A stretch of 64,000 nt of DNA from the human T2T-CHM13v2.0 reference genome, Homo sapiens. The notes beneath the pieces are model-generated. The model was given only the letters and a program-made list of their open reading frames with translations. It did not search any database and had not been told where the DNA came from. Where the stretch lies: NCBI RefSeq assembly GCF_009914755.1, contig NC_060934.1. One strand, given 5' to 3'. Shown here one piece after another: positions 56,756-64,000 of this stretch. Within the stretch, counting starts at the first letter, position 1; each line of letters starts with the position of its first letter. The position numbers were made by a program, and so were the translations under genes.

Positions 56756-57720
56756 AAATTGAGAAACTTCCCAAATAGATCACTCTGGGCTAAGTTGTCA
56801 GTAGAATAACATGCAGAAAACTTTACCAGTAAAACTGCATAGAAATTACCAGAAAAACAATAATATATGAAAAATCATTTCCATGACTAAAGTAAGCTAC
56901 AAAAGTTATGAGACTCATGTATACCCTCTATTCTGGAAAGAAATGAAATAATCCCCTATACTGATAGGGCAGATCAGGAGAATCAGCCATTCCCTCCCTT
57001 GCTGCAGCCTCGTCAAAAATAGGTCTAATGTAGGCTTTGGGAGAGCTTAAAGTCAGAACAGAGAACGATGCTCTGGCAAAAGAGGCAAACCATGTGGTCT
57101 GAACAGAGGGAGCAGTCACTTTCCAATTTTTTTTTTTTTTTTACAAATAAGCGTAAGAAAGAAACAAGTTTCAAAGACAGTAGGGAAGAGGAATGGATAT
57201 TTAATAGCTTGGTCTCAGGACCACTCAGGTTCCATCTACAAATTGTATTGTTGGCATTTGATTAAAACTTACTTATTACTTTTTAAATTAAATGACTTTA
57301 TTAATATGTCTATTTTAGATACTCCCAAGAGTTACGGGAAAGGGAAAGTATGTTCGTTAGGCAAAATTCCATGAAATAAATCCCTAGGGAACTTTAAACT
57401 TTGTTTCAGTTTTTTCCAATGAACATGTATTATTTTACAATGGAAAATTTCAACTAAAATTATTTCCAGTAAGATCATAATAAGTCTAAATTTTTCAACT
57501 AAAGAATCTAAATGTAGTTGTTATTCAGCAACTACTCTTCCTCCTGCTAGGTTTAATGCTACTGGATCAACTCAATCTTTTCCACAATATTGTCACTCAT
57601 ACTTGCTTCTTTCTGTGAGTCTTTATTCCCTTGACATAGTTGCTATTTCCTCCTCCACAGGGAGCAACTGTATCTCAGGCAGTTACAAAATCAAAAATTT
57701 TCTGTCAAACAGCAAAATAG

Positions 57721-58025
57721 GGTTGGGCACGGAGGCTCACACCTATAATCGCAGCACTTTGTGAGGTAGAGATGGGTGGATCACTAGAGGTCAGGAGTTC
57801 GAGACCAGCCTGGCCAACATGGTGAAACCCCATCTCTACTAAAAATACAAAAATTAGCTGGGTGTGGTGGTGCGTGCCTGTAATTCCAGCTACTTGGAAG
57901 GCTGAAGTATAAGAATCACTTGAACCTAGGAGACAGAGGTTGCAGTTAGCTGAGATCATGCCACTGCACTTCAGCCTGTGTGACGGAGTGAGACTGTCTC
58001 AAAAAATAAAAAAAAAAACAAAAAC
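57721..58025 (+). mobile_element. AluSx-like
   Basis: gaggtcaggagttcgagaccagcctggccaacatggtg; degenerate TSD cag(c/g)aaaata. Confidence 0.95.
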
Positions 58026-59190
58026 ACCTCAGGAAAATAAGATTATTAAACTGGAATTAACAATTTGTCTCTTACAGGCTAATTGGAATGGAGAATTTTT
58101 CTGAAGTTGGCGGCCAGCCTCATTAAAAAAAAATAAGATCTCAACTTTTAAACATAAGCTCTCTATTCAGCTAGATTACAAATATGAACTTGTAAAGTGG
58201 TAATGCTGATTTTCTTCCTTAGTTCCATATGGTAATTAGTAATGAGAGTAAATGAAATAGGGTGCGGACATAGACAAATGATAGCAAAATTTCAGAAACA
58301 AGAGACTGCCTAATGATTAAAACAGATTTTAAAGCTACAGCTATACCACAAATAAATTGCCTGTTAGAAGCTAACAAAATGTCCCAATAGATACATTGTA
58401 AAACTTAACCACACATAGAACATAGTGTGTGACAACTCATTTTAAGATTTAGTGTAACAGTGACTGATCACCAAACCTAATGAGTGGTACACCATGAAAT
58501 ATCCCTCTTGGGGGATCACTGTGAGTGTCCTTAAAGGGAAGAAAATCTCTTCTGAGACTTGTAGTTGGTTATAAAATTTTCAAATGTTTGAATCAGTGTT
58601 CAGACTTAGGATCACTTTTGATGTGACAAAATACATTAGGTCTATCTTTCAGAAATTACCCAGCACTTTGACCCATGCCATAAAATTTCTATATCACATT
58701 AGAAAGTCCCATTAGGATACATTGCAGTGAGAATCTGGTTAAGACCTGCACTGAAGCGTGTTTTTCAATCTTACTGTACATGAGGGCAAATTTTTACTTC
58801 CTTGCCTCTGCAATGCTGAGGCAAGTTAATTTTTACAGCCAAATCTCATGTCACTGGTCTACTGGTTGAGAATCAGACTCAGGAAGCACATCCTGTGCAT
58901 TCTGGACTGACCTGCTACAAGACCCTGGTGACTTGCCATCTCCTGATGGGAAAGGAAACATCAGATGGATACTCAGAACATCACTGGGCATTAGTGTGGT
59001 TCCTAACCAGAATTTTGTTCAATCTGCACATGGTCCAAGAGATTATCTGATAGGGATCCCACAGAATTGTGAGATTTTAAAACTGAAAGGAATATTAGAA
59101 ATCATATAGTTTCACCCAAATACATTATAGATGTGAACAAAATTTATTGAATGGAGATAGTACAATGAGACAACATATCTACATGTCCTT

Positions 59191-59576
59191 TGTGATGGTT
59201 AATTTTATGCCACAGTACTCAGATATTTGGCTAAACATGTCTGGATGTTGCTGTGAATTTATTTTTAAATTGAGGTTAGTTTTTAAATCAGTACACTTGA
59301 GTAAAACAGATAACCCTCCATGATGTGAATGAGCCTCATCCAATAAATTGAAGGCTCTAGAAAAATGACTGACATCCCCAAGGAAGAGAAATTTTGGCCA
59401 AAAGCCTGCCTTCACACTGGAGCTGCAACATCAACTCTTCCCTGGGTCTTAGGCTACCAGCCTACCCTGCATATTCTGGGCTTGCCAGTCTCCGAAATTG
59501 TACAAGTCAATCCCTTAAAATAAATTTTTCTCTCTCCACCCACCTACACCCACACACACACATACACGCACCCACC

Positions 59577-59617
<41 letters not shown>

Positions 59618-59655
59618 TATTGGTTCTGTTTCCCCGGAGAACTCCGACCAATATA
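59191..59655 (+). mobile_element. MLT2B-like ERVL solo LTR with (CA)n tract
   Basis: tgtgatggttaattttatg...ctattggttctgtttccccggagaactc. Confidence 0.88.
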
Positions 59656-59659
59656 CTTT

Positions 59660-60310
59660 CATCCCTGCAAGGACCTCTCATCACAGTAAGTCATTGAAAA
59701 TCCATAACGTGACCTATAAATTCCTCATGATCTGACTGCTGGAGACCCCTCTGACTTAGTTTACTACCATTTCCCCCCTCACTCATTGTGTCCAGCAACA
59801 CTGACCTTCTGGGTCAGTTTCTATGTTGAGCTTTTGCATGTAACCCTCTCCTGTGGAATTTCCTTCCCCAGCAAGAGCACACTCTTTCATTTCACTGAGG
59901 TCTCTGTTCAACTCTCACTCTAAATCCTCACAACACAAGTGGGATTTATGAGCTAGTAGCATTGACATGGCCCAGGAGCTTATTAAAAATAAAGAATTTA
60001 TCACAGATCTTATCCTAGACCTACTGAATCAAAATCTACATATTAGTAATATGCCAGGTGATTCATGTGCATGTCAATGCTTGAAAAGAATAGATGTAAA
60101 GTGTCACCTCCCATTGCTCTTTGGCTCTTTGCCTGCTTCTTCTTCATGGCATTCATTACTAATTGACATTATATTATTTTTTATTTACCTGTTGATTGAC
60201 TGTTTCTCTCACTGTAAATCCTAAATGGCAGGGATTCTAATCTCAAGACTGGAATCTGACCTAGCACACAGTAGGCATGCAATAGATATTTTTACTAACT
60301 GAAGAAATAA
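59660..60310 (+). mobile_element. L2 3' fragment containing a MER5A-like insert (~59950-60090)
   Basis: L2 tail cctagcacacagtaggcatgcaatagatatt; MER5 gacctactgaatcaaaatct...caggtgattc. Confidence 0.7.
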
Positions 60311-60669
60311 ATGTCAGGCTTGGCAGAATCTTCTTTCTCATTGTGTTTTATGTCTATAGCATTCTTTATCAACTCTATGTTCCTTTAACTCCTACTTAGA
60401 ATTTAGGTCTCAGTCAAGGCAGTGCTTCTTTTGGGAAAGTCTTTTTTGATCCCTCCGGTGGTGACTGGGCCCTTTGGTGTGCATTCATGCACTGACTCAT
60501 CACAGCACTTAAAACACAAGAGAGTAGGTCCTCCATGAAGAATTAATGAGTGAATTCATGCTGGTCATAACAAATAATTCTTGACTGACCACTCAACATC
60601 CTCTACTTGCTCCTTTCTATGCAATGACTGATTTTTGTGCAGATATCTAATATCCTCCAATATGCTGTG

Positions 60670-61070
60670 CTACAAACCATATCTCTTACCCACTCCCAGG
60701 GAGTATGATCTGACTTGCCCAAGACAAAAAATGGCAGTCCCCTTTTCCTTGCCAGTGACTGGTTTAAGAACGGGCAAGTGCTACAGTTCTCATTAAGGAG
60801 AGAGGAGACCATGCCCAGGTTCTTAGGGAGAGGCACAAAATAAGGCAACTCTTTTCTCCCTCTGAAAACTTTTGTTGTGTATGTGTGATATCAGATTACT
60901 ATAACCATCATGCTAATAGCTATTAAGATGAAGCCAACCCGCATAAAAGGGTTTAGAAAAAACAATAGCAGAGAAGTGAAATCAGAACTTAGATTGTCCT
61001 GCTCTTGGACTTTGTATCATAGCGTATGGTAAGTGAAATTAGCATTGAGTTATTTGAACCTGGAAGCATC
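60670..61070. mobile_element. Old ERVL/MaLR-type LTR fragment, subfamily not assigned
   Basis: ccttgccagtgactggtttaagaacgggcaagtg...gatgaagccaac motifs typical of old MLT1/LTR16-class LTRs. Confidence 0.55.
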
Positions 61071-61695
61071 ATTTTACTTTGGTGATATGAGTGTAAACTT
61101 AAAAACTACCTCCATAGTGGTTGAAAAGCAAAAGTAATTATTAGTCTCTGTTAATGTACATATTTTCTTTTTTTTCCCCAACTAGAAAATTTAATAGTAG
61201 TAGGAGGATCTTCTTAGCGTAATAGTAAGTAACAGACCCTTAAATTTATAAAACTTATTTGTTACTAGACATTAATCAACAAGCATTTACTAAACGTATA
61301 ACTATTATACTATAATAGAGAAAATAGCGATTTTAATTTTGAAGCAAATCAAGAAATTCTTATTTGTTGTTGGCTGTCCGAAGGAGCATGTTTAGGTCAC
61401 TTAGTTAAATTCTTTAAACAGTGATAGAATCAGTAAAGATGTTGAAATATCCAAAATCTATGATCTCCGAACTCCCAAAAGAAAAAGGAATTAATTGCGA
61501 TGTATTTCAAAAAGTAAGTGTACAGAGAGATTACACCAATTTGTTATCTGACTAAATTGTTGCAGGACTCTGTGTAGGAACAGTACATACAACAAGGCAT
61601 CTTTTAAAGGACAGAGTATTTCCTGAACTACATATTAATGTTATTTAGACAGATTTTTTAAAAGTTTGATATGTACATCAATATAAAATTTAAAA

Positions 61696-62021
61696 GGGAG
61701 TCATGGGTGGGGGAAATGGGAAAATGCTGGTCAAGGTGTACAAAGTTTCATTTAGGTAGCATAAAGAAGTTCTGGAGATCTAATGTGCAGCATGGTGGCT
61801 ATAATTAATGATATTGTATTGTATCTTTCAAATTTGCTAAGAGAGAAATCATAACTTCTCAGCACACACATGAAAATAATAACTATGTGAAGTAATGTAT
61901 ATGTTTATTAGCTTGATTGTAGTAAGTATTTTACAATGTATACGTATATCAAACATCATGTTATATACTGTAAATATAAAAAATATTTGCCAATTATACC
62001 TTAATAAAGCTGAAAAATAAA
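61696..62021 (+). mobile_element. L1MA9/L1MB-like 3' end fragment
   Basis: gtacaaagtttca...gttctggagatctaatgtgcagcatgg...caattataccttaataaagctg. Confidence 0.85.
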
Positions 62022-62311
62022 TAATAAGAAGCACTTATAACGCCACAGTCCAGAGATAATCACAGTCGAATTTTCTGGTATTTTTTCAATAGTTTTATAT
62101 GCATATTTTATGACTTTAAGTATAAATCTACCACAATTTAATCTTCCCATATTTTTTGATATATATTTTGTTTGACTATTATAAATAGTACTGTAATGAA
62201 TATGCTTTGCATAAAACTTTAAAAAATAAATAAAACAGTAAAAAAGAAATATAAATGAAAGGAGAGTCAATAAAAACCTGGATCCAATGCACAAATGCAT
62301 GGTGGCATCTA

Positions 62312-64000
62312 TTAATTCATTTAATATTTATTAAATAGTTTGTGCCAGGTATTGTACTTGACACAGGGAGTACAATGGTGAACAAAACTAGAAACAGTCT
62401 CTGACCTTTTGGGGCTCACATATTCAAGAAGGAAAACACTTAAATAGTAACACAAACATATGTTTGAAAGTATGAAAAAACATTACTGGAAGCTGTCAAG
62501 GAATTTTCAATGAGTGCAGAATATTTGAAAAGCTTGAGATATAAAAGATGAACAGAAGTTGTAAGGTGGGAGAAGAGATATCTGAGACAAAGGGTAGAGA
62601 ATAAGCAGAGGTCCTAAAGTAGGAGCATTTTTGGAGTCTTGTGGAAGTAAATGATTTTTTTCGCTGTAACCCAGAGAACAAGAGTGGCACAAGAAAAATA
62701 TGGAAGTATAGTAGGATATTGGACCCTGAAATTGTTTGCAAACTATGTTAAATGTATGTTATTTATCGTTAAAAAATAGTGAGATATCTACTTATATTAA
62801 GCAGAGGGTGCAAGGGGTGCATAAAGAGGTGAGACTGAAGTCTGTGCATGAGAAGTTCAAATTTGCATTTTAGTATACCCTGCACTACAGACACTGAAAT
62901 ACAGATAAGCAAAAATGGATGTAGGTGCACCAGTTGAGGGCTGTTATTGTGATTAAGGTGAAGGATAATGGAAGCTTTAACTATGATGATAGTAAAAAAT
63001 GAGAGAAGTGAACAGAAGAGAAAGATATCTAGGAAGTAGAATCAATAAAATCTGGAGATGAGTTTAAAAGCAGGGTAGCACTGAATGGAGGCAGATACGA
63101 GACTTAATTGAAAACATAAAACAGGAAGAGAGGAAATGAGGGTAGTATCTTTTCTTCTATGAAGTTTGACTATAAAATAAAAGGAGAAAGACAATGAGAT
63201 AGCTTACATCTAAAGGAAATTTTGTTTAAGTGAGGGAGACTTGTGCATGTTTAAAATATTTTGAGAAGGATCCACTTTAAGTAGTAAAACACACATGACA
63301 TATAAAAATATAATGAATAAAGTAAGATTTTTGAGACCAAAAATCAGGACCAGAGTAAGCTGGAAACATGGGCTTTGGATAGGAGGAACAACAATTCCTC
63401 TATTGGAACTGGAAGAATGCAGAATATATTATAAGTGCTAGATTTTATTGAGAATATTGCTGTTTGCTGTTGTTTTTAATCTGTAAATTAAGAGACAAGG
63501 CCATCTGTCAAACATGAAAGGGGAACGCACGAACAGGAAGTTTGAAGACTGTGGAGAAGGTTTGAAATTGTAATTGCAAGGAGTCAACATGATCAGAATA
63601 GACAAAATATCTATAGGATTTGTAGATAAGATGAGGTTCAAATGAGATTGGCAAGCATTAATTTATAGCAATGTCAATCTGCCTGTTGTGCTTTGTCTCT
63701 TGAAGCTCTTGGCCACCTGGCTCTAGACATGGAAAAGTGGATAGTTGGAATCATCCAAGATGGAAGCATTTGAATGAAGCATTCTAAAGCAGTTATAAAC
63801 ATGGATTTTGGTGGAAACCTGAGGCATTCATTGTATTACTCAAGGAGAATGGGTAGACTAATAAAGAAAAAGGAAGAATATATTAGAGTTGGACAAGCCA
63901 GCAAAAGAGACAGATAAGTAGGTAGAAGTAGGAAGAAAGCCAAGAGAGCCTATTATCATGCAGAATGAAGGAGAGAAAGCAAGAAAGGTCACTAGTCAGC
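62312..64000 (-). mobile_element. L2 element, long diverged fragment running to the window edge
   Basis: Reverse L2 tail ttcatttaatatttatt...tgtgccaggtattg...tacaatggtgaacaaaac followed by purine-rich L2-like body. Confidence 0.65.

Noticed and set aside
58061-58110. Acceptor-like ttgtctcttacag followed by a short frame ending in TGA
   Set aside because: No matching donor or recognisable peptide; cannot be supported.

Overview
Eukaryotic, primate (human-like) AT-rich genomic DNA, most likely intronic or intergenic, and dominated by transposable elements. I can support no cellular protein-coding gene, RNA gene or CRISPR array; nearly every long ORF in the track is LINE-1 ORF1/ORF2 or an Alu/L1 antisense artefact. 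Main content: an old near full-length L1MA5-like element (7441-14795, +); a tight cluster of three primate L1s (5'-truncated L1PA5-like 20918-25147 +, full-length L1PA7-like 25588-32398 -, full-length L1PA4-like 35914-42097 + with an intact 338-aa ORF1); about 13 Alu/FLAM copies; several solo LTRs (LTR19-like, LTR8-like, MER41-family, MLT1D, MST, MLT2B); Tigger/MER2/MER5 DNA transposons; and L2/MIR/old L1M relics. I found no evidence of a new multi-gene system. The most unusual signal is that the two same-orientation L1PAs, about 16.9 kb apart and apparently of different subfamily age, share a series of non-consensus substitutions, including D229N in the endonuclease SDH motif. This suggests patchy gene conversion between them. 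Also notable are a ~150-bp inverted duplication that captured an LTR8 junction, several template-switch hairpins, and an Alu truncation that looks like abortive twin priming. Subfamily names rest on remembered consensus sequences and need RepeatMasker/Dfam confirmation.
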